Positions 1-10,167 of a DNA stretch of 64,000 nucleotides are shown piece by piece. The stretch comes from a bacterium. Its GTDB lineage: Bacteria > Patescibacteriota > Andersenbacteria > UBA10190. A program made the translations under genes and the position numbers. The stretch covers positions 86,870-150,869 of the forward strand of contig JBDRMS010000006.1 of the NCBI GenBank assembly GCA_043811915.1, read 5' to 3'. The notes under the pieces are model-generated. The model worked only from the letters and a program-made list of their open reading frames with translations, was not told the origin of the DNA and did no database searches. Every line of letters begins with the position of its first letter. The stretch's first letter is position 1.

Positions 1-6
1 GCTATT

Positions 7-849
7 ATGGCACTGAAGATTTACAAAAGTAATAGGGCGGCGCGGAAGCAGGCGTCGGGAGTTGATCGTTCGAATTTGCATAGTGGCGCTCCTCATCGTG
101 CGTTGACAACTGCTAAGACAAGGGGAAGTGGACGGGGTAGCCATGGTAAAATAACAGTTCGCCATCGGGGCGGAGGAGCCAAAAAACGGGGCAGAAGTGT
201 TGATTTTGGACAGGACAGGTTGGGAATAGCGGCTAGAGTGGAGAGAATTGAGTATGACCCAAACCGTTCAGCATTTATTGTGTTATTGCTTTATGTTGAC
301 GGAGATAGACGGTATCAATTAGCCTGGCAAGGGGCGACGGTGGGCGATGTAGTAGTGGCTGATAAAAAAACGGCGGAGACGCCGGGCAATAGGATGCAGC
401 TTATGAATATAACACCGGGGTTGACAGTGTATAACGTTGAGTTGAAAAGCGGCAGAGGTGGAGTGTTGTTTCGATCGGCCGGGGCTTATGCCACAATTAT
501 GGATGTAGCGGAAGAGCATGCTTTACTGAAATTACCTTCAGGTGAGATTCGTTATGTGCCACGGGATGTTTATGGCACGGTTGGCGCGGTTGGTAATGCA
601 GACCATCGATTGGTGAGAGTCGGTAGTGCTGGCCGAATGCGGCGGCGAGGGCGGCGGCCGCAGGTACGGGGCAAGGTAATGAACCCGGTTGATCACCCGC
701 ATGGTGGCGGGGAAGGGGCGCAGCCGATTGGACTTAAACATCCGAAAACTAAATGGGGCAAGCCGGCCTTGGGAGTAAAAACAAGACGCCAGGGAAAGTA
801 TTCCAATGCGCTGATAGTGAAGCGTCGCTTGCCAAAGAAGAAGAAGTAA
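7..849 (+). CDS. rplB: 50S ribosomal protein L2
   Basis: 280 aa; conserved L2 core (GGGAKKRGR...VERIEYDPNRSAF, HGGGEG); first gene of a contiguous r-protein run. Confidence 0.92.
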   Translation: MALKIYKSNRAARKQASGVDRSNLHSGAPHRALTTAKTRGSGRGSHGKITVRHRGGGAKKRGRSVDFGQDRLGIAARVERIEYDPNRSAFIVLLLYVDGDRRYQLAWQGATVGDVVVADKKTAETPGNRMQLMNITPGLTVYNVELKSGRGGVLFRSAGAYATIMDVAEEHALLKLPSGEIRYVPRDVYGTVGAVGNADHRLVRVGSAGRMRRRGRRPQVRGKVMNPVDHPHGGGEGAQPIGLKHPKTKWGKPALGVKTRRQGKYSNALIVKRRLPKKKK

Positions 850-862
850 TTAATATATCGTC

Positions 863-1204
863 ATGGCTCGATCACTAAAAAAAGGCGGACCTTTCATAAA
901 TGAAAAGTTGTTGAAGAAGGTGAGGGGTATGCGGGCAGGAGATCGCACGGTCATTAAGACCTGGTCTCGGCAGTCTACTATTTACCCGGAAATGGTTGGT
1001 TTTCGGTTTGGTGTTCATAACGGGAAGGAGCACATAGAGGTGTTGGTATCAGAGGATATGGTGGGGCATAAGCTGGGTGAGTTTTCGCCTACCCGCAAAT
1101 TCGTGAGACATGGCGGTCGCATCCAGCGAGAGGCTGAAGCGGCTCTCCAAACCGGCGGACAAGTAGCAGGAGCGAGCGAAAAGCCGGGTGAGAATAAAAA
1201 TTAA
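863..1204 (+). CDS. rpsS: 30S ribosomal protein S19 (with ~20 aa C-terminal tail)
   Basis: [11 protein letters not shown]...HNGKEHI motif; position between L2 and L22. Confidence 0.9.
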   Translation: MARSLKKGGPFINEKLLKKVRGMRAGDRTVIKTWSRQSTIYPEMVGFRFGVHNGKEHIEVLVSEDMVGHKLGEFSPTRKFVRHGGRIQREAEAALQTGGQVAGASEKPGENKN

Positions 1205-1214
1205 GTAATTAATT

Positions 1215-1769
1215 ATGGAAGTCAAAGCACACATTTCTAATGCCCGTATGACTCCTCGTAAAGTGCGCGGCTTGCGTGAAGTAGTAGTTGGTTTGCCGGT
1301 GCGTGAAGCTTTGGGCCAACTTGACTGGCAGGGCGGCAAAGCGGCAAAGGTGATCGGTAAAGTGCTCCGCTCGGCGGTAGCTAATGCGCAGCACAACCAC
1401 GAATTAGAGGAGGATAATTTGCAAGTAGCAGAACTTAAGGTAAATGATGGTATGCGTCTTAAACGCTGGCGGCCGGCTAGCCGGGGGATGGCTCACGCTT
1501 TTGTAAAAAGAGCTTGTCACATAACGGTGGTGCTGGAAGAGATTGTGGCCAGTGGCGAGAAAAGGAAGAAGCCAAAAGCAAGACAGGCTGATATTGATAC
1601 GTTGACGGTGGATGAGCTGGCACAGCGGGAACAGGTTGATAAGTCAGTGGAAGATGCTGCAGTAACCGGGCGGGCTGCTGTGCCGACAACTTCCGGCGTG
1701 TTTCAGAAAATAAAAATGCAGCAACAGGGGGGAGAGAAAAAGAAGACTCACAGAAGGAAGAGCATATAA
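1215..1769 (+). CDS. rplV: 50S ribosomal protein L22 (with ~70 aa charged C-terminal extension)
   Basis: N-terminal 110 aa match L22 (ARMTPRKVR...); operon position. Confidence 0.85.
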   Translation: MEVKAHISNARMTPRKVRGLREVVVGLPVREALGQLDWQGGKAAKVIGKVLRSAVANAQHNHELEEDNLQVAELKVNDGMRLKRWRPASRGMAHAFVKRACHITVVLEEIVASGEKRKKPKARQADIDTLTVDELAQREQVDKSVEDAAVTGRAAVPTTSGVFQKIKMQQQGGEKKKTHRRKSI

Positions 1770-1778
1770 CTATATTTT

Positions 1779-2549
1779 ATGGGCAGAAAGACTAATCCAA
1801 ATATACTGCGAGTGGGTAATATTCTACGGGCTTGGGATAGCCGGTGGTTTGCGGATCGCCGAGGTAAGTTTCGGGAAAATCTTTTGGCTGACCTTCAAAT
1901 CAGAGACTATTTTGCCAGGAAGCTAAGAAATGCCTCTGTTTCGCGGGTGGAAATAGAGCGCGGTCCGGCAAAGTCGGGAGGCGGAAAACAGGAAATTGTT
2001 TTAATGGTGCATACCTCACGGCCGGCTATGGTAATTGGCCGGGGCGGATCCGGTATTGAGCAAATACAGAAAGATTTGCTACGTAAGCTGGGAGGAGAAA
2101 AAAGGCTGCAAATAAACGTACAAGAGGTGCATAACCCTGACACCGATGCGGGAGCGGTGGCTACGCAGGTAGTGGAACAATTGGAGCGTCGTTTCCCTTT
2201 CCGCCGAGTGTTGAAGCAGACTATTTCTCGTGCTATACAGGCTGGGGCTCAGGGGGTGCGAGTATTGGTGGCTGGTCGTCTGAACGGAGCAGAAATTGCG
2301 CGTACAGAGTGGATGTCTGAAGGTAGCGTGCCACTGCATACTTTTCGAGCGGATATTTCTTATGCTGGGCGTACGGCGTATACCACCTACGGCACGATAG
2401 GAGTTAAGGTGTGGATCAATAGAGGAGACTTGTTGCCGGAGGAGGAAAAGCCGGGACAACAACGCAAGGCAAGGGTAAGTTCGCGGCGTCGTTCGCTGGC
2501 GGAAAAAGCAAAGGATTCTAAACGCTATGTTGCTACCTCGAAAAGTTAA
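1779..2549 (+). CDS. rpsC: 30S ribosomal protein S3
   Basis: MGRKTNPN..., KH-domain motifs; operon position. Confidence 0.9.
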   Translation: MGRKTNPNILRVGNILRAWDSRWFADRRGKFRENLLADLQIRDYFARKLRNASVSRVEIERGPAKSGGGKQEIVLMVHTSRPAMVIGRGGSGIEQIQKDLLRKLGGEKRLQINVQEVHNPDTDAGAVATQVVEQLERRFPFRRVLKQTISRAIQAGAQGVRVLVAGRLNGAEIARTEWMSEGSVPLHTFRADISYAGRTAYTTYGTIGVKVWINRGDLLPEEEKPGQQRKARVSSRRRSLAEKAKDSKRYVATSKS

Positions 2550-2937
2550 GCATCGTAAGCACATGAAGGGTGTTGTGCGAGGGATGAGTAGTCAGGCGGC
2601 TGAGATTGCTTTTGGTCAATACGGGCTGAAGGCTTTAGAAAGTCGCTGGGTGACGGCACGGCAAATTGAGGCAGCCAGGCGAGCGATGACCCGTTTTGTG
2701 ATGCGGAGTGGCAAGATTTGGATTCGGGTTTTTCCTGACAAACCAATCACGCGTAAGGGACAGGAGGTACCAATGGGACAAGGAAAGGGTTCGGTTGATC
2801 ATTTTGTGGCGGTGGTACGACGGGGGCGGATTATTTTTGAAATGGATGGTGTTATTGAGAAAGATGCGCGGGAGGCATTACGTTTAGCTGGTCGGAAGTT
2901 GCCAGTTAAGACTCGTTTTATTAAAAGAGAACTATGA
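2527..2937 (+). CDS. rplP: 50S ribosomal protein L16
   Basis: [15 protein letters not shown] start typical of L16; ATG at 2527 overlaps the rpsC end. Confidence 0.9.
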   Translation: MLLPRKVKHRKHMKGVVRGMSSQAAEIAFGQYGLKALESRWVTARQIEAARRAMTRFVMRSGKIWIRVFPDKPITRKGQEVPMGQGKGSVDHFVAVVRRGRIIFEMDGVIEKDAREALRLAGRKLPVKTRFIKREL

Positions 2938-3131
2938 TGAAAGTAAGAGATTTACGGGAATTAGGCACAGAGCGGCTGAAAGCGCGGACGGTGGAGCTGA
3001 AAGTTGAGTATGAGGCTTTGAAAGAAGCAGTGCTTTCGGGAAAAGAGAAAAATCATGCCCGGTTGGCGATTTTGAGACGAGACGTGGCAAGAGCCGATAC
3101 GATATTGAAAGAAAAAGGAGGAAAGTTATGA
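2934..3131 (+). CDS. rpmC: 50S ribosomal protein L29
   Basis: 65 aa helical protein in the canonical position after L16. Confidence 0.8.
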   Translation: MMKVRDLRELGTERLKARTVELKVEYEALKEAVLSGKEKNHARLAILRRDVARADTILKEKGGKL

Positions 3132-3349
3132 AAGGCGTAGTGGTAAAGAAGTCAGGGGACAAAACGGTGGCCGTATCGGTGGCAAAGGAGAGGCATCATG
3201 GTTTGTATGGTAAAAAAATAGTAAAGACACGTCGTTTTCTGGTGCACGATCCAGACAATAAGGCGCAGGTGGGCGACCTGGTAACCATACGTTCGACGCG
3301 GCCAGTTTCAGCCCGCAAAAGATGGGTAATTGAAAACTATGGTTCATGA
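3128..3349 (+). CDS. rpsQ: 30S ribosomal protein S17
   Basis: 73 aa; canonical position; OB-fold-like sequence. Confidence 0.85.
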   Translation: MKGVVVKKSGDKTVAVSVAKERHHGLYGKKIVKTRRFLVHDPDNKAQVGDLVTIRSTRPVSARKRWVIENYGS

Positions 3350-3710
3350 ACGCAGTAAATTGATGGTGGCCGATAACTCGGGGGCGCGGCTGCTGGAAGT
3401 GATACGAGTACTGGGTGGCACCCGGCGGCGCTATGCTTACCTGGGGGACGTGATTGTGGCTGCGGTAAAGGTGGCAGAACCAAGAGCGTCGGTAAAGAAG
3501 GGCGAGGTAGTACGAGCTGTGCTGGTACGAGTGCGAAAAGAGCATAAGCGGCCGGACGGTTCGGCTATAAGGTTTGATGATAACGCAGCCGTTGTTTTAC
3601 AGAAGGATAGTCATGACTTGATTGGCACGCGTGTGTTTGGCCCGGTGGCGCGCGAGGTCAGAATTAAAGGTTATCAGAAAATTATATCATTAGCGCCGGA
3701 AGTATGGTGA
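3339..3710 (+). CDS. rplN: 50S ribosomal protein L14
   Basis: [17 protein letters not shown] matches the L14 N-terminus; ATG at 3339 is in frame within the TTG-initiated track ORF (3330). Confidence 0.88.
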   Translation: MVHERSKLMVADNSGARLLEVIRVLGGTRRRYAYLGDVIVAAVKVAEPRASVKKGEVVRAVLVRVRKEHKRPDGSAIRFDDNAAVVLQKDSHDLIGTRVFGPVAREVRIKGYQKIISLAPEVW

Positions 3711-4018
3711 GCAAGATAAAACGTGACGATGTGGTAAAGGTGTTGCTGGGTAAAGACAAGGGCAAGACCGGGAAAGTCATGGCAGTGCTACCGGAAAAGG
3801 AAAGGGTGTTAGTGGAGGGGGTCAATATGGCTAAGAAGCACATTCGGCCGCGCAAGGCAGGGGAGAAAGGACAGCGAGTGTCGGTGGCGGCTCCTGTGCA
3901 CATATCCAATGTGCAGCTGGTTTGCCCGACTTGCAAAAAGAGCACCCGGGTGGGCATAAAACGTGAAGCCGGCCAGCGTCAGCGTGTTTGCAAGAAATGT
4001 CAGGCAGTCATTGAGTAG
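3704..4018 (+). CDS. rplX: 50S ribosomal protein L24 with C-terminal Cys4 zinc-ribbon tail
   Basis: KOW motif ([15 protein letters not shown]); C-terminal CPTC...CKKC. Confidence 0.85.
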   Translation: MVSKIKRDDVVKVLLGKDKGKTGKVMAVLPEKERVLVEGVNMAKKHIRPRKAGEKGQRVSVAAPVHISNVQLVCPTCKKSTRVGIKREAGQRQRVCKKCQAVIE

Positions 4019-4029
4019 AATCAGGAATT

Positions 4030-4545
4030 ATGAACCAAGCATCAGGCAAAGGGAAATTAAATATCCATGCGGTGCCGAGGGTGACGAGTGTTGTGGTGAG
4101 CGTCGGGGTGGGTAAAAATCGAGATGACAAGGTGTTCCTGGAGGCAGTACAGAAAGACCTGAAGGCCATTACAGGACAAATGCCGCATGAGTGTCGGGCG
4201 AAGAAGGCCGTGGCTGGTTTTAATGTGCGGCAAGGTAATCTGGTGGCATACCGGGTGACGTTGCGCGGTCAGCGGATGAATGATTTTGTCCGTCGACTGG
4301 TGCATTTGACACTGCCGCGAGTGCGTGACTTTCGTGGTGTCGGGGTATCGAGTTTTGATGGTCATGGTAACTTGAATTATGGGCTCAAGGAACAATTAGC
4401 TTTTCCTGAGATTCATCCCGAAAAAACTGATGCAGTGTTTGGTGTGCAGGTGAATATAATTACTTCGGCACCGGACGACAAGTCAGGCATTAAGCTTCTG
4501 CGGGAGTTGAATTTTCCTTTGGCGGAAGCAAGTGAACTTGACTAG
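4030..4545 (+). CDS. rplE: 50S ribosomal protein L5
   Basis: 171 aa; canonical position; L5-like sequence. Confidence 0.88.
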   Translation: MNQASGKGKLNIHAVPRVTSVVVSVGVGKNRDDKVFLEAVQKDLKAITGQMPHECRAKKAVAGFNVRQGNLVAYRVTLRGQRMNDFVRRLVHLTLPRVRDFRGVGVSSFDGHGNLNYGLKEQLAFPEIHPEKTDAVFGVQVNIITSAPDDKSGIKLLRELNFPLAEASELD

Positions 4546-4577
4546 CTGAACGTTTTTAATAGATAGTGCTCCAATAT

Positions 4578-4763
4578 ATGGCAAAAGTATCTCAAATAGC
4601 AAAGAGCGCAAAGAAGCCGAAGTTTAGCACGCGCCTGACGCTTCGTTGCTCGGTTTGTGGACGCAAACGAGGCTATATGCGGGATTTTGGACTTTGCCGT
4701 ATTTGCTTTCGGGAACAGGCAGAGAAGGGCACTATTCCCGGCATAAGAAAGTCATCATGGTAA
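4578..4763 (+). CDS. rpsZ: 30S ribosomal protein S14 type Z (zinc-binding)
   Basis: [10 protein letters not shown]...CRICFRE C4 motif; ATG at 4578 gives a ~61 aa protein typical of S14-Z (track ORF starts at GTG 4566). Confidence 0.85.
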   Translation: MAKVSQIAKSAKKPKFSTRLTLRCSVCGRKRGYMRDFGLCRICFREQAEKGTIPGIRKSSW

Positions 4764-4773
4764 TATTTGTTTT

Positions 4774-5160
4774 ATGGATCCGATAGCAAACATGTTAACG
4801 TCTTTGATTACGGCACAGCAGGTAGGCAAGGAAAGGGTGGCTGTGCCATATTCTCATTTTAAGGAACAGCTGGCTGGTTTTTTGCAAAAAAAGAAGATGA
4901 TTTCATCGACTAGAGTTCAGGAAGGGACTAAAGCGAAGTTGATTATTAGTTTGGCTTACCAGGGCAAAGAGCCAAAGATTGGCCAGGTGCGCCGTTTGAG
5001 CAGTCCGGGCCGGCGGCGTTACGTGAAAGCTGGCGAATTGCCGTGGGCCGGCGGTCGACCTGGTTTTTATGTGTTGTCTACCTCCAGCGGACTGATGGAT
5101 GAAGTAGAGGCTCGTCGCCGGGGTTTGGGGGGCGAGCTGGTTTGTGAGATTTGGGAATAG
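4774..5160 (+). CDS. rpsH: 30S ribosomal protein S8
   Basis: MDPIANMLTSLITAQ N-terminus typical of S8. Confidence 0.9.
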   Translation: MDPIANMLTSLITAQQVGKERVAVPYSHFKEQLAGFLQKKKMISSTRVQEGTKAKLIISLAYQGKEPKIGQVRRLSSPGRRRYVKAGELPWAGGRPGFYVLSTSSGLMDEVEARRRGLGGELVCEIWE

Positions 5161-5170
5161 GCTCTCTATT

Positions 5171-5713
5171 ATGTCACGAATTGGAAAACAATCGATAACT
5201 TTACCCGACGGCGTTACAGCGACGGTGGAAAATCAAATCGTAAAAGTGACGGGACCAAAGGGAGAATTAGGGTACGTGGTACATCCTGATGTTGAGGTGA
5301 AGCTGTGTGATAACCAGTTGACTTGTTCGGTTGCTCGATCCGGCAAGCGGGCAGCTGCTTTGTGGGGCACAACCAGATCGCGTCTAGCTAATATCGTGGA
5401 GGGAGTAAACGAAGGTTACCGTAAGGAGCTGGAATTGCATGGAGTAGGTTATCGAGCCAAGCTGGCGGGCAAAAATCTGGAATTGTCTGTTGGTTTTTCT
5501 CACCCGGTGGTCATAGAGGCGCCGGAAGGGATTAATTTCGCGGTGGAAAAAGAAACAATAACAGTGGAAGGGTATGACAAAGTACAGGTGGGACAAATGG
5601 CGGCTAATATCAGGGCGGTGCGCAGGCCGGAGCCTTACAAAGGAAAAGGAATTCGTTATCATGGCGAAAAGGTACGGCGCAAGGTTGGTAAGATGGTGGG
5701 AACAACTGAATAG
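5171..5713 (+). CDS. rplF: 50S ribosomal protein L6
   Basis: MSRIGKQSITLPDGV start at ATG 5171; two-domain L6. Confidence 0.88.
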   Translation: MSRIGKQSITLPDGVTATVENQIVKVTGPKGELGYVVHPDVEVKLCDNQLTCSVARSGKRAAALWGTTRSRLANIVEGVNEGYRKELELHGVGYRAKLAGKNLELSVGFSHPVVIEAPEGINFAVEKETITVEGYDKVQVGQMAANIRAVRRPEPYKGKGIRYHGEKVRRKVGKMVGTTE

Positions 5714-5717
5714 GCCT

Positions 5718-6050
5718 ATGCTTGAGCAGAAACGAAAACAACGACAAAGAAGGATACGGGCTCGTTTGAAGGGAACGGCCGAGCGGCCGCGGGCCAGTGT
5801 TTTTCGGGGGAACAGCTCTGTTAGTGTGCAATTAATTGATGACGTAAAGGGACATACTTTGTTGACAGTGCGAGGAGCTGGCGGTAAGGGAGGCAAAATC
5901 AAGAAAGCGGGCGAGGTGGGTAAGAAAGCAGGAAAAAAGGCGATTGAAATGGGCGTCAAAAAAGTAGTGTTTGATCGAGGAGGATATGCCTATCATGGCC
6001 GGGTGAAGGCAGTGGCGGAAGGCATAAGAGAGGCGGGAATAAAACTATGA
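5718..6050 (+). CDS. rplR: 50S ribosomal protein L18
   Basis: ATG at 5718 (MLEQKRKQRQRR...) 2 nt after the L6 stop; the track ORF starting at 5574 overlaps L6 and is too long. Confidence 0.85.
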   Translation: MLEQKRKQRQRRIRARLKGTAERPRASVFRGNSSVSVQLIDDVKGHTLLTVRGAGGKGGKIKKAGEVGKKAGKKAIEMGVKKVVFDRGGYAYHGRVKAVAEGIREAGIKL

Positions 6051-6517
6051 CAGAGACAGCGAAGCGACATACTTTTTCCGGCGGGAAAGCAGAACAGGAA
6101 TATGAGAATGAGGTGTTGGATATAGCGCGAGTGGTGCGAGTGGTAAAGGGAGGACGACGTTTTAGTTTTCGGGCTAGTGTGGTGGCGGGGAACAGGGCTG
6201 GCAAGGTTGGTTTTGGATTAGGACGCAGTCGTGATGTGCAAACGGCTATCCAGAAAGCTTATAATCAGGCAGCAAAGAATATGATAAATATTAAGGTAAA
6301 AGACGGTACTATTGCGCACAAAGTATCGGCCAAGTTTAAGGGAGCCCAGGTTTTGTTGCAGCCGGCTCGGCCAGGAACGGGTATTATTGCGGGTAGCCCC
6401 ATACGTCTGGTAGCGGACCTGATTGGGGTTAGAGACCTCGTGGCCAAGCGTTTTGGTTCGGCAAACAAAATTAGTAATGTTCGGGCTGCTGTGACAGCGA
6501 TGAAGAAACTACACTAG
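6047..6517 (+). CDS. rpsE: 30S ribosomal protein S5
   Basis: S5 dsRBD and C-terminal domain motifs (VVKGGRRFSFRA...). Confidence 0.9.
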   Translation: MTETAKRHTFSGGKAEQEYENEVLDIARVVRVVKGGRRFSFRASVVAGNRAGKVGFGLGRSRDVQTAIQKAYNQAAKNMINIKVKDGTIAHKVSAKFKGAQVLLQPARPGTGIIAGSPIRLVADLIGVRDLVAKRFGSANKISNVRAAVTAMKKLH

Positions 6518-6520
6518 GCT

Positions 6521-6967
6521 ATGAAATTGTCAGAGTTGAAAAAAATAACAAAGAAGGCGAAGCGGGTGGGGCGTGGTATTGGCAGCAGGGGGGCCAAGTC
6601 TGGCCGGGGAATGAAAGGACAACGCTCGCGGGCTGGTTATACGAACAGGGCCGGTTTTGAAGGGGGCCAGACGCCGCTGTATCAACGTTTGCCGAAGGGG
6701 CGAGGTGTCAAGCAGGTCTTTGCTTCACAGGCGGTACGCCCGGCGGTGGTGAAAGTGGCACAGCTGAACAGGTTTGACGAAGACAGTATTGTTGGCATAG
6801 GGGCGCTAAAAAAGGCTGGTCTGGTAGCGGGTAATCGGGACAAGATAAAGTTGGTTGGGGGAGGAGAGATGAAGAACAAGCTAACGGTGCGGATACACGC
6901 TTGCAGCGCGGGAGCAAAAGAGGCTGTTGAAAAGGCTGGCGGCAAAGTAGAATTAATACATGCTTGA
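6521..6967 (+). CDS. rplO: 50S ribosomal protein L15
   Basis: MKLSELKK...GRGIGSRGAKSGRG typical L15; directly follows S5 with no L30 gene between. Confidence 0.9.
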   Translation: MKLSELKKITKKAKRVGRGIGSRGAKSGRGMKGQRSRAGYTNRAGFEGGQTPLYQRLPKGRGVKQVFASQAVRPAVVKVAQLNRFDEDSIVGIGALKKAGLVAGNRDKIKLVGGGEMKNKLTVRIHACSAGAKEAVEKAGGKVELIHA

Positions 6968-8255
6968 TTGGAAAAAGGCGTTGCAGGTTTTCAGAATTCC
7001 AGAGTTGCGGAAGAAAGTACTGGTTGTCTTCGGGCTGCTGGCGGTGTTTCGGGTAATAGCTGTTATTCCTTTGCCGGGAGTGCCGCGGGAAAGCCTGGAA
7101 GCTTTGTTTGGAGGTAACCAGCTGTTTGGGTTGCTGGACATATTCTCCGGGGGCGGTTTGTCGAACTTGTCGATAGTGATGTTGGGAGTGGGACCATATA
7201 TTACGGCTTCGATTGTGATGCAGCTTTTAACGATGATTGTGCCGCAATTGGAAGAAATGGCTAAGGAAGAGGGCGAGGCGGGGCGACGCAGGATTAATCA
7301 GTGGACGCGGCAACTGACGGTGCCGCTGGCGGCTTTGCAGTCTTTTGCTTTTATTAATTTATTACAAAGGCAGGGCGCCGGCGCAGGAGTGGGCCTGATG
7401 TTTTCTCCCTGGGATTTGGCGGTAGCCATTATTACCGTGACAGCGGGTACGGTTTTGTTGATGTGGCTGGGCGAGCTGATAACAGAGCAGGGTATTGGTA
7501 ATGGTATTTCCCTAATTATCTTTGTGGGTATTATTGCTCGCCTGCCGCAAATAACAATACAAACTATTGCTACCTGGACGCCGGATCAGTTGCTGACGTA
7601 CCTAACCTTCCTGGTAGTGTCGGTGGTGGTGATTGCCGGCGTGGTAATGGTAACGGAAGGACAGCGGTCCATACCGGTAAGTTATGCCAAGCGGGTGCGG
7701 GGCTCGCGAGTATTTGGCGGAGCTTCGACGCACTTGCCACTTAGAGTCAACCAGGCGGGCGTTATTCCAATCATCTTCGCCTTGTCGGTGATGTTGTTTC
7801 CCGGCATGGTAGCCAGCTTTTTGGTGGGGGTGGACAGCGCCATTGTGTCCAGAGGGGCGACCTGGGTGGTAAATATGTTTCAGAACCAGTGGTTTTACGG
7901 TATTTTCTATTTTGTGTTGGTGGTGGTGTTTACCTATTTTTACACTTCGGTAACGTTCGATCCCAAAAACATCGCCGAAAACCTGCAAAAGCAAGGCGGC
8001 TTTGTGCCTGGAATCAGGCCGGGCAGGCGCACGGCTAATTTTCTTAAGTATGTAATAAATCGGATTACGCTGACGGGAGCGATATTCCTGGGGTTGATTG
8101 CGGTGTTGCCGCTGATTATGCAGGGGATGCTGGGCATTGCCACGCTGACAATCGGGGGCACGGCACTGCTGATTGTGGTGTCGGTGGTATTGGAAACGAT
8201 GAAGCAGGTGGAGTCGCAGATGACGATGCGCGAATATGAAGGCTTTCTTACCTAA
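6960..8255 (+). CDS. secY: preprotein translocase subunit SecY
   Basis: 431 aa, 10-TM protein after L15; SecY-like N-terminus and plug region. Confidence 0.92.
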   Translation: MLDWKKALQVFRIPELRKKVLVVFGLLAVFRVIAVIPLPGVPRESLEALFGGNQLFGLLDIFSGGGLSNLSIVMLGVGPYITASIVMQLLTMIVPQLEEMAKEEGEAGRRRINQWTRQLTVPLAALQSFAFINLLQRQGAGAGVGLMFSPWDLAVAIITVTAGTVLLMWLGELITEQGIGNGISLIIFVGIIARLPQITIQTIATWTPDQLLTYLTFLVVSVVVIAGVVMVTEGQRSIPVSYAKRVRGSRVFGGASTHLPLRVNQAGVIPIIFALSVMLFPGMVASFLVGVDSAIVSRGATWVVNMFQNQWFYGIFYFVLVVVFTYFYTSVTFDPKNIAENLQKQGGFVPGIRPGRRTANFLKYVINRITLTGAIFLGLIAVLPLIMQGMLGIATLTIGGTALLIVVSVVLETMKQVESQMTMREYEGFLT

Positions 8256-8910
8256 GGTAATTTATATCATGGGCCCGCCGGGGGCGGGCAAGGGTACCCA
8301 GGCGTCAATGCTGGCGGAAAAGATTGGCTACGTGCAGTTTAGCACAGGTAATGCGTTTCGCGATGTATCCGCACAGGATACATCGCTGGGGCGCAAAGTG
8401 AAGGAGATAATCGACAGTGGATATTTGGCGCCGCCGGAAATGGCGGCGGAGATAGTAACCACACAGGTACAAAAAAATTTAGAGCGAGGAGAGAAACTGG
8501 TATTTGACGGGACGCCGCGTACGGTCAGGGAGGGAGAAATAGTAGATAAGTTTTTTGCGGAGAGAAAGTGGGGAGACCCGTTGCCGATTTTGTTGAAGAT
8601 AGACAAAAAAGAGATGATAAGTCGTAACGCCAAGCGTCAGTTCTGCCTTAAGGCTCAGGGAGGAGATTTCCCTGTTTTTACATTGGTGGATGAGAAAAAG
8701 TGCGAGGAACGGGGTGGCCAGGTAGGCCGGCGTCCGGACGATGATCCGGAAAAGTTTGCCACGCGCTGGAACGAATTTATGGCGCAGACCTGGCCGGTAG
8801 TGGAAAAGTATAGGCAACGGGGCATTTTGCGGGAGGTGGATGGCATGTTGGCCATACCGGAGGTGCATGAGCAGATAATGAAAGTGATCGGGGAATTTGA
8901 AAAGAAGTGA
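8236..8910 (+). CDS. adk: adenylate kinase
   Basis: P-loop GPPGAGKGTQ; LID region with Cys/Asp residues; canonical position after secY (start overlaps the secY end). Confidence 0.88.
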   Translation: MKAFLPKVIYIMGPPGAGKGTQASMLAEKIGYVQFSTGNAFRDVSAQDTSLGRKVKEIIDSGYLAPPEMAAEIVTTQVQKNLERGEKLVFDGTPRTVREGEIVDKFFAERKWGDPLPILLKIDKKEMISRNAKRQFCLKAQGGDFPVFTLVDEKKCEERGGQVGRRPDDDPEKFATRWNEFMAQTWPVVEKYRQRGILREVDGMLAIPEVHEQIMKVIGEFEKK

Positions 8911-9692
8911 TTCGTTTAAAGACAGCAAAGGAAATAGAGTGTTTGGCTTCGGGCGGCGCGATTCTGGCAGAAGTTCTTGAACGGCTGGTGAGTGAGGTGA
9001 AAGCAGGGGTTACTCCCAGGCAGCTGGATGCTTTAGCACAGGAATTAATCGCGGACAGGGGAGCCAAACCGTCGTTTTTAAATTATGCGCCGAAAGGAAA
9101 AAAACCATTTCCGGCGGCGCTTTGTGTTTCGGTTAATCAGGCTATAGTGCACGGATTGCCAAATGATACTGTTTTTAAAGAGGGAGATGTGGTTGGGCTT
9201 GATTGCGGCATTGAATATAAGGGCTTGTACACAGATAGCGCGCAGACGGTGGGGGTGGGCAAAGTGACAGACGAAGCTGCCAGACTTATGATGGTAACTC
9301 GCCAGGCGCTGGCTGAGGCCATAGAGAAATGCCGGGTAGGAAATAGAATAGGCGATATTGGAGAGGCTGTGCAGACGCATGTTGAGAGAGAGGGCTTTGA
9401 AGTTGTGCGAGCGTTGGTGGGGCACGGAGTAGGATATGATGTGCACGAAGAACCGGCAGTACCAAACTATGGCGAGGCAGGAAAAGGAGTGAAATTAAAA
9501 GAGGGACTGGTTATTGCTATTGAACCAATGGTAGCGGTGGGTAACGCGGAGGTGAAGACCAGCGGAGATGGATGGACGGTGGAAACGAAAGGGGGAGGAC
9601 TGGCGGCTCATGAGGAGCATACGGTGGCTATCATGCCGTCAGGACCAAGAATACTTACGAAATCCAAAATCCAAAATTCAAATGTCAAATAA
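8907..9692 (+). CDS. map: type I methionine aminopeptidase
   Basis: MAP metal-binding motifs (D...D...H...E...E); GTG start overlapping the adk stop. Confidence 0.88.
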   Translation: MIRLKTAKEIECLASGGAILAEVLERLVSEVKAGVTPRQLDALAQELIADRGAKPSFLNYAPKGKKPFPAALCVSVNQAIVHGLPNDTVFKEGDVVGLDCGIEYKGLYTDSAQTVGVGKVTDEAARLMMVTRQALAEAIEKCRVGNRIGDIGEAVQTHVEREGFEVVRALVGHGVGYDVHEEPAVPNYGEAGKGVKLKEGLVIAIEPMVAVGNAEVKTSGDGWTVETKGGGLAAHEEHTVAIMPSGPRILTKSKIQNSNVK

Positions 9693-10098
9693 TATCCTTT
9701 GTCTGGATTATGGGGAGCGATATGTTGGGGTGGCCATGGCGAACATGGAGGATAGAATTGCGCTAAGGTATTCGACGATTGATCAAAAACAAGATGATGT
9801 GCTGGGTATAGTCAGAAACGTAGTTGAGCAGGAAGAAATAGTTAAAATTTTAGTGAGTGTGCCGAAAAGTTTATCGGGGGAAGAGACGGCGCAAACGCGA
9901 GTGTCGCTGGATTTTGTTGCCAGATTAAAGGACGAACTTGGTGATGAAGTTGAAGTGGAAGGCGTGGATGAAGTATTTTCCAGCAAAGAGGCGAGGCGAA
10001 ATCTTCAAGCCGAAGGGGGAAAAATAGCTGAAGAGCATGTGGAAGCGGCCCGCTTGATGTTAGCGGATTATCTTGCTAAACATTTTAGTGATGGGTAA
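9682..10098 (+). CDS. ruvX: putative pre-16S rRNA nuclease / Holliday junction resolvase-like YqgF (RuvX)
   Basis: ILCLDYGERYVGVAMAN... RNase H-like YqgF N-terminus; ATG at 9682 (the track ORF is extended upstream). Confidence 0.75.
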   Translation: MSNNILCLDYGERYVGVAMANMEDRIALRYSTIDQKQDDVLGIVRNVVEQEEIVKILVSVPKSLSGEETAQTRVSLDFVARLKDELGDEVEVEGVDEVFSSKEARRNLQAEGGKIAEEHVEAARLMLADYLAKHFSDG

Positions 10099-10123
10099 CA
10101 AGAAGTTTGAGGAGAAGTTTGAG

Positions 10124-10144
10124 GATTATCTTCGGAATTGTCTT
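10124..10144. repeat. 21-nt repeat GATTATCTTCGGAATTGTCTT (left flank of RAYT copy 1)
   Basis: 19/21 identical to 10852-10872; preceded by a 12-bp tandem duplication AGAAGTTTGAGG x2 (10101-10124). Confidence 0.7.
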
Positions 10145-10167
10145 GATTTGGCGTATAATAGTCTTAT

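Noticed and set aside
10143-10159. TTGATT ... TATAAT upstream of RAYT copy 1 as a sigma70 promoter
   Set aside because: The spacer is only 5 nt, far from the 16-18 nt required. TATAAT alone may still act as an extended -10, but there is no support for that.
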